A stretch of DNA of 64,000 nucleotides from Lytechinus pictus (GCF_037042905.1 NC_087246.1:46624001-46688000), one strand, 5' to 3'; positions 10,199-21,955 are shown, numbered from the stretch's first letter. The notes: a model not told the origin generated them from the sequence alone. Numbers and translations are program-made.

Positions 10199-11027
10199 TA
10201 TTACGTCATATTCTTTTGTGCGCGCGTCACGCTTGAGTGAACCTTTAGAATGGCCATATCGCCGTCATTATTCTCTTAGGTCAAAGGTCACGACCTTATA
10301 AATCGCTCCAATACATTATTTGATGCATGTTTTGGATTCATCTCTTAATTTCCTAATAAATGGTACCAGTTTCATGAAAATTGGTCAACACATTACGACG
10401 CAGTGGCCATTGAAAGTTGAAGGTCACGCCCATTTTTGTCAAAACAAGGAGAAATGGGCGGGCCGTAGCGCGAGAACCGAAGGACCAATTTGACTTATTT
10501 TTTTTTGTTTTGTACGTGGGCCATGGTGAATTTTATGTGTACCAAATTACAACGAATTCTGAGACGGTCGGGTGCAACCACTGGGTGAATCCAGATGGAA
10601 TGACCCCATTATATCATGTAAAATTACAGGAAATTGGTATTTGGTGTATGGAACCTTACAAACTTCCTTAAATAAATACCATTTTCCCCCTTTTAAACAG
10701 ACCTGTTCTGTTAAAGGGTATAAAAATTCCTGTTTTATGAATAAACAAAATGATTCAGTTATTGCTTTCTGCAAAATCTTGTTTTTTCTGTAAAATCAGG
10801 GTATTTTAACAGTGTAGAACTTTACCTTTTTTTTTAAATTGCAGATGATATAATTTTCCGCCAAGAAGCAAAATTACACCAATGAAACCCGGCGATGAAA
10901 TAAAATTAGACACCTTTTATGTACATGATAAGTTATGACGGGGGCGAAGCAGGGAGATATGCATTTCCATTATAATGAATTAAAAAATGTCAAATCCTCC
11001 AATTCATAAAAATATTGGGCTGCTTCA

Positions 11028-11186
11028 GGGGAGCGTTTCATGAAAGGACTTGTCGGACATTTCATCCGACAAGTCCTGTTTTATCCGACAGTTACCATAG
11101 TAACAGTGCCTCTCGGCCAATCAGATTCAAGGAAAGTTGTCAGATCTGACAACTTGGAGGACAAAAATGTTGATGAAACACTCCCC
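11028..11186. mobile_element. Small Harbinger/Tourist-like MITE carrying an X-box and CCAAT
   Basis: TIRs ggggagcgtttcat / atgaaacactcccc; internal gttaccatagtaac and ccaatcag; relatives at ~23437-23589 and ~41595-41725. Confidence 0.7.
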
Positions 11187-11419
11187 GGAACCTCGATCCA
11201 GCACCCCCGCTTCCCAGGGCCATGTGTTCAGCATCAATCGGGTCCCCAATTAGAACATCAGTTTGGCCCCCGTTACATTCGGGTTGAGTTTGCGCCCCCG
11301 AGTTCCAGATCAATATGGCACCCGTATCAACTTTGCACCCCCTGTTAAATATAAATTTGGCGCCCCAGGCGCTTCCATAAAGCCCAACGCATACTATGCG
11401 ATGAGATTGCACCAGTTAA

Positions 11420-11819
11420 AGGACAAGTCCACCCCCAACAAAAAGTCGATTTGAATAAAACAAGAAAAATCCAACAAGCAAAACACTGAAAATTTCATCA
11501 AAATCGGATGCAAAATAAGAAAGTTATGACATTTTAAAGTTTCACTTAATTTCACAAAACAGTTATATGCACATCATGGACAGTATGCAAATTAGGAGAC
11601 TGATGACGTCACCAACTCACTATTTCTTATGTATTTTATTATATGAAATATGAAATATTCTAATTTTTTCCTCATTGTCAAGTGAAACAAATATTAATTT
11701 CTCCCTGATCATATGGAAACAGCATTGCTTAATACTATATGGTTCAGTCAAGTTGGTTCTTATTGTCAAATCCGTAAAGAATGAAATATTGTATAATTTT
11801 TCTGGGGTGGACTTGACCT
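11420..11819 (-). mobile_element. Kolobok-like TTAA MITE (family A), internally deleted
   Basis: ttaa|aggacaagtccacccc ... ggggtggacttgacct|ttaa; opposite orientation to the 14326 copy. Confidence 0.88.
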
Positions 11820-11969
11820 TTAAGATCCGATTACAACAAGTTGCCAATCCCATCTCAGTGCAATCACTTACACACAAATCGATTTATTTCTGTGCACGTT
11901 ATCATGTTTATGATGATAAAAATTAACTTAAATATATGTTTTGTTTTTCTCATTTTTATTGTTTTGTAA

Positions 11970-12107
<138 letters not shown>

Positions 12108-12189
12108 TGACTGATAAACACAGACTTTGTACCTCCGCATAAGTTTAACAACATCTTAAAAGAAATGTACAAGCGATATTATTATCATG

Positions 12190-13197
12190 ATAGTAGTAAT
12201 TGTAGTAGTAATAATAGTAGTAGTAGAAGTAGTAGTAGAGTAGATGTAGTAATAGTTATAGTAACTTCAAAATAAATATGCCAGAATGCTTTTGAAAAAA
12301 GATTATAATACATCACAAATTTCTTTGTTGCAGTCACTGAAGTGGCAATCAGTAGATCAGCGTATAAAATATCAGTATTGTGTTCTTGTATATAAAGTAA
12401 TGAATGATTTAGTTCCAAATTATTTAAAACCTTTAGTATGTAAACGGCCCGTGAAATACAGGACACGGTATTCTTTACGATGCCCCCTTCAGCTTCCCAA
12501 AGCTAGAATTGAACATAAAAGAAAATCTTTCGCATATGTCGGACCCAAATTATTCAATGCACTTCCTTCAAATTTACAAGTTTGTACCTCCTTGTTTTTA
12601 AAAAATTATGCAAAGCCTTTCATACGAATTGATAGAGAGCGAAATGATATTCCATTGATTTACAATGCTATGTATGTTTAAATTGTCACTTCCCACTCTA
12701 TATTTTGGTGTTAATTGTTTCTGATGTTAGATATTTTGTATTTTTGATGTTGTTTGTTGTTGTTGTTCATAGTTATCTTGACATGTATTTTAAACTGCAG
12801 GGCGCCTTTGTAAAGCAGTTTTAAGCACTGAACAGGCCTACCCTGCAGTATAAAATAAATAAAACAAAATAAATAAATAAATGTTATTAGTAATATTAGT
12901 AGCTGTAATTAGAGTAGAATTACAAGTAGTAATTTAAAAAATAGTCGTAAAAGTAGAGTAGTAGTAGAAGAAGTTGTAGTAGTAGTAGTAAAGTATTAGC
13001 AGTAGTGGATAAAAATTAGCAGAAGTAGTCGTAAAAGTAGTAGTAGTAATAGTAGAGTAGCAGTAGAAGAAGTACTAGTAGTATAGTAGTGGTGGTGGTG
13101 GTGATAGTAATAGTAGTAGTAGTAGTAGTATTAGTAATAGTAGTAGTAATAGTAGTATTAGTAGTAGTAGTAGTAGTAGTACTAGTAGTAGTAGTAA

Positions 13198-13233
<36 letters not shown>

Positions 13234-13431
13234 ACTANNNNNNNNNNNNNNNNNNNNNNNNNNNNNNNNNNNNNNNNNNNNNNNNNNNNNNNNNNNNNNN
13301 NNNNNNNNNNNNNNNNNNNNNNNNNNNNNNNNNNNNNNNNNNNNNNNNNNNNNNNNNNNNNNNNNNNNNNNNNNNNNNNNNNNNNNNNAGAAGTAGTAAT
13401 AGTAGAAGTTGTAGTGGTCATGGTGGTGGTG
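12190..13431. repeat. (TAG/AGT)n microsatellite tract, interrupted by a LINE 3' end and an assembly gap (13238-13388)
   Basis: Direct inspection. Confidence 0.95.
12284..12881 (+). mobile_element. 5'-truncated L2/Crack-type LINE 3' remnant
   Basis: LKWQSVDQRIKYQYCVLVYKVMNDLVPNYL...KSFAYVGPKLFNALP is a typical L2/CR1-group ORF2 C-terminus; ends in an (AAAT)n-like tail. Confidence 0.85.
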
Positions 13432-13432
13432 G

Positions 13433-14240
13433 TTTCGCACAACAACGCGAACGGACCTCTGCGACGCTAGTGATTTTTGGAAGAGACTTTTAGCCCCGTC
13501 GTAAAAAAAAGTGTGTGATATATCAGAAAATAAGACTTTTCGCAACCGCAACAGAGACGTTAGATCTGCGGTTCGTGTGCAAAATTCTAGTTGCTATAGC
13601 AACTAGAAATTGGTTACAGCGACATCTCCGACTTGGGATGATTTTTTTGCAACCATCGAGAACTACACGCTCGAGAGCGCCCTATAATATGGAAGCGAAC
13701 AGCCAATCAAGTCACCTCTATATACACTAGATACTTATATTTTTACTCTCTGTACACATAGTACAGGGAACCCACGGGGCATATTTCCTTCACATTGTGT
13801 GGAAGACGGCTTGCCGTTTGTAAAGGAGGAGCCAAATCAAGCGAGAAAAAAAATCCAGACTTATTACAGACGGATTTTAGCTTTGCAGATCAACGCATGA
13901 CACACGGTTTAGATTTTACAGGTGAAAGTGACCTTTGAATGTAATTGCAAGCGATCCACCAATCCATCGGCCGCTCAGATGAGCAAGGCTCTACAGTTTT
14001 TTTTTACGACGGGGCCAAAAGTCTCTTCCAAAGTCACTAGCGTCGATCGCAGAGGTCCGTTTGCGTTGTTGTGCGAGAACTCTCTAGTGACAGGCGACCT
14101 GACTGGCATGTGGCTTTCGACTTTTGAAAAAAAAAATCATCCCAAAACGGAGATGTCGCTGTAACCATAGTACCAACAATTTTTGCACACGATCGAACCG
14201 CAGATCTAACGACCCCGTTGTTGTGGTCGCGAAAAGTCTC
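13433..14240. repeat. Two interleaved inverted-repeat pairs (A-B...A'-B')
   Basis: 13433-13515 pairs with 13992-14078; 13533-13648 pairs with 14126-14240. Confidence 0.75.
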
Positions 14241-14325
14241 TATACTGTCTCACCAAACTTCAGATCGGAGGTCGTTTTCATGTACTTGCTTGGTTTATAT
14301 CCGTTATCGGTATTATTATTATTAA

Positions 14326-14916
14326 AGGTCAAGTCCACCCCAGGAAAATGCTGACTTGAATAAAAAGAGAAAAATCAAACTAGCATAGTGCTGAAAATTT
14401 CATCAAAATCGGATGTAAAATTAGAAAGTTATGACATTTTAAAGTTTCACTTATTTTTCACAAAACAGTGATATGCACAAATAGGTGAGTCAGTCGATGA
14501 TGTCCATCACTCACTTTTTCTTTTGTTTTTTATTGTTTGAATTATACAATATTTCATTTGTTATAGATTTGACAATAAGGACCAACTTGACTGAACCATA
14601 TAGTATTAAACAATGCTAATTCCACCTGTTCAGGGAGGAATTAATCGTTGTATCACTTGACAATGAGGAGAAAATTAGAATATTTCATATTTCATGTAAT
14701 AAAATACAAAAGAAATAGTGAGTGGATGACGTCATAGTCTCCTCATTTGCATACCAGCCAGGATGTGCATAAAACTGTTTTGTGAAATTAAGCGAAACTT
14801 TAAAATGTCATAACTTTCTTATTTTACATCCGATTTTGATGAAATTTTCAGTGTTATGCTTGTTGGATTTTTCTCTTTTTATTCAAATCAACTTTTTGTT
14901 GGGGTGGACTTGTCCT
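14326..14916 (+). mobile_element. Kolobok-like TTAA MITE (family A), full length
   Basis: ttaa|aggtcaagtccacccc ... ggggtggacttgtcct|ttaa; long imperfect TIRs; several other copies in the window. Confidence 0.92.
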
Positions 14917-15335
14917 TTAAATACAATAGACAGGAAATTTAATTGAATAAATAGCAATAAGGATCCCGGTCTTCGAGTTAGAAATTATTGATAAAATTTG
15001 ATAAATGGAAAGCTAGACGTGATTGATCATAGCGTGTGTATACGCGCACTGTTAAAATCACAGCGATACCATCTTACATGCGATTAATATATTTAAGCCC
15101 CGCCCATAGATAGGTTCCCCCCCCCCTTTTTTTTTAATAACTATTAACGGCTTGGGGTCCTATTCCCGCGGCTTATGACGTCAGATGTCGGAAATCATGC
15201 GGCATTTTTTTTTGCCAATCTCGAGACAATGGTTGGAACTAACTTTGTTCAGGGGTTTAGACCAATCACCTGCTTAGATTTTTATCATGACGGATATAAA
15301 ATAAATTAATTTCTCAATGATCGTTTCTCTTACAG

Positions 15336-15374
15336 GTGATTCATCTCAGAGACCCACCTATAACAATAGATACG
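15336..15374 (+). CDS. GRB2: GRB2-family adaptor, 39-nt micro-exon (end of SH2)
   Basis: ttctcttacag|...|gtaagt; phase 0-0; VIHLRDPPITIDT matches GRB2 QIFLRD. Confidence 0.88.
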
Positions 15375-15548
15375 GTAAGTATATTTCTTATATAAAACCA
15401 GCAATTCATGGGCTAATGCTGGGCTTACGTATGAGGTCTCATTGTTTAGTGAATATATTGCACGCATACCTTGCTATTATAGTATTAAACACTATTCAGC
15501 GAAACGTCATATGTTGTCCATGTTTCAGTGAATATTGTGACGCTTATA

Positions 15549-15832
15549 AGGCCCGGCCCCACTGCATTACGGATGCAGAGAGGGTGTAAAACGGAAAAAG
15601 AATCTTGCCATCCGTTTGAAAACGTTATGTATCCGTTGTGTACTCTTTGCATACGTGTTACATATGCTCTATATCCATCGAGCATCCGTCCACTGTCTTT
15701 TCATTGTTCGCCCATTTTGTCCCATGTCTAGCTGGAGCAGATGAAAACGGATGGAACCACCACGAAATTTTGCTTGTCCGCAGTATCCGTTATGAATACG
15801 TTTTGCATCCGTCGGCCAGTGGGATCAGGCCT
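15549..15832. mobile_element. Harbinger-like MITE
   Basis: Imperfect TIRs aggcccggccccactg / cagtgggatcaggcct; internal atccgt/acggat motifs. Confidence 0.6.
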
Positions 15833-16399
15833 TTACCCTGTTGGGTTAAGAAATTCCCAGTTGCCAATAATCATGACACAGTGTATATGATATAGTTGTT
15901 TTAACATGAACTTTGGTTGAGAATGCAAGGAAAGTACACACACCTGCAAGGGCAGTCAATTGTGGGCATCTTTCGTAACGGTCATCAATGATTTTTCACT
16001 TCAAAATAATAAATAATAAAACAATAAATTGTCGCGATCAAATTTTGTTACGAAATATCTTTTGCAGGTCTATTTTCATTCAAACCAGGGACACGATAAG
16101 CACGTTAAGATTAGGCAAAAACATAGAAGGGTTTGCTTGTCAAAATTTCCAGCCCCTGGTCCCCGTGCCTTTGGGGAGAGATTTCCGCCCTTGCCTCTTC
16201 CCCCCTTTTTTCACCCCTACCATCCTTCACCCTGTACCATCCCCCACCCTGGAGTGTAGATCCGCCTCGACTGAAAAACACCTCAAACCATTGCATGCAG
16301 AAATGTAAACATGTTGTTTATCCACAATAATATAAACTAGATTTATTCTTATATATTATTTATTACCCGTCTTCTGCATTTTTATGTTTGATTATCCAG

Positions 16400-16432
16400 A
16401 GTAAGACACCAGATGAGCTCAGAATGCAGTTG
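16400..16432 (+). CDS. GRB2: GRB2-family adaptor, probable 33-nt linker micro-exon
   Basis: tatccag|...|gtgagt; phase 0-0; SKTPDELRMQL, open and frame-preserving; no homology support. Confidence 0.65.
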
Positions 16433-16911
16433 GTGAGTTGATATTTGTTAAAGGGCAAGTCCACCCACCCCAACAAAAAGTGGATCTGAATAAAAAGAGA
16501 AATAATATCCATCCAGCTCAACACTGAAAATTTCATTAGAATCAGAGGTAAAGTAAGAAAGTTATGGCATTTGAAAGCGTCGCTTAATTTTACAAACAGT
16601 TATATGTATATCCTGGTCTGGATTATGCAAATGGGGGGGGGGGGGGGGGGGGGGCTGGTGACGTCACCCAATCACTATTTCTTTTGTATTTCATTATATG
16701 ATATATGGTATATATCTCTTCATTGCCATGTGAAACAAAGTTATATTGCTCCCTGAACATGTGGTATTACCACTGTTTTAACATTTTATGCTTCGGTCAA
16801 GTTGGTCCTTTTTGTCAAATTTGTAAAAACTGAAATAACGTATAACTCAAACAATAAAAACAAAACAAATAGTGAGGGACATGACCGTCTCATTTGCACG
16901 TCACTGAGATG

Positions 16912-19158
16912 CAGTGGCGTAACTACGGGGGTGCATGGGGGGCACGTGCCCCCCAATCGGCTGGCAAAAAAATAAAAGGGGGAAAGGGAGAAAAGAGGGA
17001 GAAAGGAAAAAAACGTAGCGGGAAAGAGGAAATTATTGTTCATTATAATTATAATAATAATTATGTTGTTATATTACATAAGAAACATTTTTTCATAACT
17101 TTATGAAACATAATTTGCTCAGGGCCTATGTCTTCATTGTTCCGGGTGCTCACATTGTCTGTTTAAAGAGATATATAATCCTGTTGTACAAAAACCTCCC
17201 GTTTTCAAGTCAATATACTTTAAATATATTTCCTCGCACTTCGAGTTATTATTGTTTTATGTAGTGGCATAAATTTGTTTTCATGACTATATAAAGTGAT
17301 TGCCCCATTTTAAGGTCTTAAAATGTCCCTTTTTCTAATCTGAATATCAAAATTTTCAGCTCGCGCTTCGCGCTCGCATCATTCGGTTAAGCCCCTTTCA
17401 CAATTGACGTACGACCTGTTTACGACCGCCTGCAACAGTTTTTTCTTGTTGTTGCACGATCGATCTCCTGGTGTCTTGCGAGCACTCGCAGTGGTTGTAG
17501 ACGAACGCACGAATTTGAGGTGGTCGTGACTGGTCGCATCTGAATTTGAACATGTTCAAAATCCAAACGCGATCAAATACGATTGATTTACTCGCATCAG
17601 GTCGTACCATCGGTCGGGCGATCATCGTGTGAGTGTTGTTCAACGTTGTGCGACTTGGTGCGAGAGGTGACACAACTACGTATAGTCGCATTTAGTCGAC
17701 TGGAGGTCGTACAACACTTGCACATGCGCTAGATATATACCTACAGAGACCAGTCTTGCGACTGGTTGCGATAATATAAGACTGTTGCAAGACCGATCGA
17801 AATTACGGCTTACAACATTCCACTACCGTTGCATTCGCATGTATGCGACCGTACATTCCCTTTCACAATTGACATCCGACCAGTTTACGACCGCCTGCAA
17901 CAGTTTTTTTCTGCTGTTGCACGATCGATCTCTTGGTGACTTGCGAGCACTCGCACTCGTTGTAGACGGTCGCACGAACTCGAGGTGGTCTTGACTGGTC
18001 ACATCTGAACTTTGAACATGTTCAAAATCCGAACGCGATCAAATACGACCTATTCACTCGCATCAGCTCGTATCCGGGGTCGTACCATCGGTCGGGCGAT
18101 CATCGTGGGAGTGTTGTTCAACGTTGCACGACTTGGTGCGAGAGGTGGCACAACTAAGTAGTCGCATTTACTCGACTGGAGGTCGTACAACACTTGCACA
18201 TGTGCTAGCGACCTACATGTACAGAGACCTGTCTTGCGACTGGGTGCGATAATATGATGGGCCATAAGACTGTTGCAAGACCGATCGCAACGGCTTACAA
18301 CATTGCACTACCGTTGTTTGCGACCGTTCCCCTCGCAATCCCTCGTGCAACACTCGCATGTGATCGCACGAGCACAATAGGATCATAAGCGACTTACTCG
18401 TGCAAGGGGTTTTACTGGTTGTTTTTGTTGTACGACAGCTGTTGCAACTGTGAAAGCCTATGTGCGATATTATGAGATGACTGGCGATTGATGCCTGTTG
18501 CAGCCTGTCGCACGACCAAAAGGTCGCAAGTGGTCGTACGTCAATTGTGAAAGGGGCTTTAGTGAAATAGTATGGTCGTAGTGAATTCCTACAAACAAGC
18601 CTTAGAATGCCCCTCTTCAGGTCTGAATTTCCTAAATATTCAGCTCGCACTTTGCGCTCGCAATATTTGATTAGTGAGATGCGTATGATAATCGTGATTA
18701 CAATGAGTACAAAAAGTGCTTCGTGTGTTTAGTTGTAATTTTAACAAAATCAGCAGGCGCTTGGCACTCGCATTAGATGACTATGGTAAGATATATATAC
18801 TCTTAATGGATTCCTTTAAAAAATAGTCCTTAAAATATCCCTGTTTGGGGTCAATATATAAAAAACTTTCAGCTCGCGCTTCGCGCTCGCATTGTTTGTT
18901 TAGCGAGACAGGTACGTATCATGATTACAAAAATTTGCTTATAATGTCCCTTTTTAGGTCTAAATATAAAAAAATTTCAGCTCGCGCTTCGCGCTCGCAT
19001 AATTTGATCAGTGACATACATATCCGTTTAATGGCACTGTCCTTAAAATGTCTTAGGTCAGTATACCTAGCAACTGAGCACGCTTCGCGCGCTCACTAAG
19101 TGACTCAAATTTTTGTTCTTGTGCACCCCCCAATTCTGTGACCCAGGGTACGCCACTA
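16912..19158. mobile_element. Non-autonomous hAT-like element
   Basis: ctgagatg|cagtggcgta ... tacgccacta|ctgagatg (8-bp TSD); repeated ttcagctcgcgcttcgcgctcgca motifs. Confidence 0.88.
17390..18558. mobile_element. PIF/Harbinger-type non-autonomous element with ~465-bp internal tandem duplication
   Basis: tta|agcccctttcacaattgacgtacgacc ... ggtcgtacgtcaattgtgaaaggggct|tta; ~17393-17835 is repeated at ~17858-18320. Confidence 0.9.
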
Positions 19159-19807
19159 CTGAGATGTGCATATAACCTGTTTGTGAAAAATGTGCGAAAC
19201 CTTAAAACGTCATAACTTTCTTATTTTACATCCGATTTTGATGAAATTTTCAGCGTTCTGCTAGTTTGAGTTTTCTTTATTGATTCAAATCAACATTTTT
19301 ATGGGGTGGACTTGACATTCAATAATTTGGGCATGTTACTGATGAATAGTGTAGCACACTCGAAAAGCAGACATCGCTATTTTCTGATCCCAGTGATGTC
19401 ACACACTATACAGTACATGCGTGTGCGCCGGTTATGATTATCTGAATGCTGATTTTGGGGGTATTTAAGTTTCATCATAAGATATACCGGATGATTAATA
19501 TATAGTTATTATATGCAATCGGTCTAATACCCCGGGCTTTTTGTCATATTTCGTAATGATCGAATGACTCTAAAATGTATTTTTGTCTTTTCAGGGAATA
19601 TTACTAGAAGATGGCTAACAATTATAGTTTTAAATTGGCAATTCAAATTTGTAATTGAAGATAATTGTTAGCCAAGATCAACACGCTATAGCATCGGAGA
19701 GGTTGGAGGAGAGATAAATATTATATATTTTTTTAAATGTTATATTTGAACCTTGCATAATTTAGTTCAATAACGATGCAAATGCACATCAACGGTACGT
19801 ATGTAAA

Positions 19808-20261
19808 GGTTCCGTGACACTTGCTCCGGCGACAATTGCTCCGCTGTAAATTACACACACTAATGGACTGACCAACTTCAACCCTGGATTTGACACTACG
19901 GCCCGTATTCTGAAGTCAGGTTTAAAGTTGTGGTTTAAGTATGGATAGCCAATTGTTACATAAATCACTAACAGTAGAGATATCATATTTCAGCTCATTT
20001 TGCTCTCAAATCATTCATAATTGTCTATAGCCTCTAGGAAGCATAAATAGACGATTGTCTTCACCATTGAAGAATCAGGAAAGAGCACAGTAAATATAAG
20101 AAACATACAACTTAATAAAAATTTTGACACTTTTGGCTTCCCATAATTTTAGCACAGAGTAAGACCATGGTCAAAGATAAACCTGACTTCAGAATACGGG
20201 CCTATATCTTAGACGAAATGAAGCCCGGGGTGATTGTCGCCGGAGCAAATTTCGTGACACC
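19808..20261. mobile_element. Small MITE containing a second MITE (19900-20202)
   Basis: Outer ttgctccggcgacaat / attgtcgccggagcaa; inner ggcccgtattctgaagtcaggttta / taaacctgacttcagaatacgggcc. Confidence 0.78.
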
Positions 20262-20300
20262 CGTATAAAACTCGTATTCATATATATTTTACACTTGTAG

Positions 20301-20498
20301 GGTGCTGGGAAAAAGAAGTACAAGGCATTATGGGATTTCGAGGCAGTGGAAGAGGGATATATGTCTTTAAAAAAGAATGATACCATTACTCTCATCAACA
20401 AGGTAGAAGGTGATTGGTGGATGGGAGAGATCGTAACGGAAACTGGAACACGAGATGGTCTATTCCCCGCGACATATGTTGAAGAAATTCATTCTTAA
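20301..20498 (+). CDS. GRB2: GRB2-family adaptor, terminal exon encoding C-terminal SH3
   Basis: cttgtag|; GAGKKKYKALWDFEAVEEGYMSLKKNDTITLINKVEGDWWMGEIVTETGTRDGLFPATYVEEIHS* carries the ALWDF, WW and GLFPxxYV SH3 motifs; phase 0. Confidence 0.92.
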   Translation, partial: GAGKKKYKALWDFEAVEEGYMSLKKNDTITLINKVEGDWWMGEIVTETGTRDGLFPATYVEEIHS

Positions 20499-21955
20499 AA
20501 CACCGTTAAACGCCTTAAACCACGAGCACATGACCAAAAAGTCTCCCTGATTATCTGCATATATAGACATTAAGAATCGGGTAGGTAGAGGTTAACTATA
20601 TTGATAATTCATACTGCTTCTTTTAATATTTGTACATTTTTTAGAAAAGTCTTTTAGTATCAATTATGTGCGCCCAGGAATTTATTCGGAATTTTCCTTT
20701 CACAGGTACATTTTTTCAAATAAAGGATAGACATATAAAAGCTGGTAAAAATCCAGGGGCAGGGGGTATCATGAACCCACTCTACTTCGGTTCAATGAAT
20801 AAAAATGCCCGAAGATTTGTGCCCCCCCCCCTTGAAAGTGAGGAATGAAATATATCCCATTTTCCCTTATGTAATGGATCCCTATCCCCCTTCTTTTGCT
20901 TATCAGAACTTTTTTTCAAGTGAAGTTAGAGTGAACTATTTTTAGCGAGTTTAAACAATAGTTGTCAGAGTGATGGGCTTAAACAACGTGCTTAAAATGT
21001 TAAACATCGTTCAAGTTATATCCCGACTTACGAGGTCCATCAGGGGCAACTTTTGTTGTTAAGATGTTGAAAAAGTTCAGTGAAAAATTTACAGCATTTC
21101 TAAATCATTTGAGTTATCAATACGATTGTAAGAAAATGTTTAGATTTTGAAACAATTTCCATTGATTGCGTAGTAAAATAATTTTGCTTTACCATATCAC
21201 CATGATTTTTTTAATTTAAAAAGGTTTCTAAGCTGGGGGATTTACGACTGCTTTATAATGTTGAGTATATTCATTGCGTATAATTATGTTCATTGTGAGT
21301 TATAAATTTGCATATTTCGCACATCATTTTCAAAATAATTATTTAAGATTTCATTGATATTTATGATTTTTCAACATAATATATACAGTATTACTTATGG
21401 TGATGTATTTTGTTTTTGTATTGAAGAATTGTTATGTAATTATTATAGTATGTTATTTCGATAATTTTTTCAATAAAGTATAGGCTATCGGAGGATAGTA
21501 TAAATGAGTATACGAGAACAACCATTATGCTATGAAATATCACTCTTTCAATATAATTCAAATTCCCTTTTTATGGGTGAAAATATTCAAACTGGTTTAG
21601 TTTATATATTATAGAAAATAACACGAAGAGGAATTCGAAAATGACCAATGTGTATGTAAACAATGCATGTTTTTGCGATAATTTGGTTCAAGCATGTAAC
21701 CATTTATTAAATGTTATTTTAAGCACATTTTTAAAATTAATTAAATATATATATATATATGTGACTATACCTTTCATTTTTGAGAGCTATGCTCCTTTTA
21801 AAATCTACGATTTTATTTGTAGGGCATTTTCTAAACCATTTGTGATTATTTTATATATAATATATATATATATATATATTTGAGAGGATGCTATATGTAG
21901 ATACAGCGAGAATAAAGCAATGAAACGTAGCCGGGGTTCAGTTCATCAAGTTATT

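Larger units (their letters stand above)
4210..10276. mobile_element. Polinton/Maverick-derived non-autonomous palindromic element (6,067 bp)
   Basis: taggtc|agagaataatgacggcg ... cgccgtcattattctct|taggtc. A 6-bp TSD with AG...CT dinucleotide-repeat termini is the Polinton hallmark. Inverted arms 4210-6448 / 8250-10276. No pPolB, integrase, ATPase, protease or capsid ORF present. Confidence 0.85.
2217..10606. mobile_element. Fold-back non-autonomous DNA transposon (Sola2-like: GGG termini, 4-bp TSD)
   Basis: catt|gggtcattccat ... atggaatgaccc|catt. With the two inner insertions removed, the arms (2217-2889 + 3750-3779 versus ~3818-4209 + 10283-10606) form a near-complete palindrome around a short loop at ~3780-3817. 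Confidence 0.8.
2123..10814. mobile_element. Short non-autonomous CACTG-ended (EnSpm/CMC-like) element; outermost host of a nested insertion
   Basis: ta|cactgttagaaa ... ttttaacagtg|ta: short TIRs with TA duplication. Its own sequence is only 2123-2216 plus 10607-10814. Confidence 0.6.
16452..19318 (-). mobile_element. Kolobok-like MITE (family A) split by a hAT-like insertion
   Basis: ttaa|agggcaagtccaccc start, ggggtggacttgac end; family sequence resumes exactly after the TSD at 19159-19166. Confidence 0.85.

Noticed and set aside
13075-13551. Poly-L/V/Y ORFs; likewise 35967-36803 and 54371-54745
   Set aside because: Microsatellites and N-gaps.
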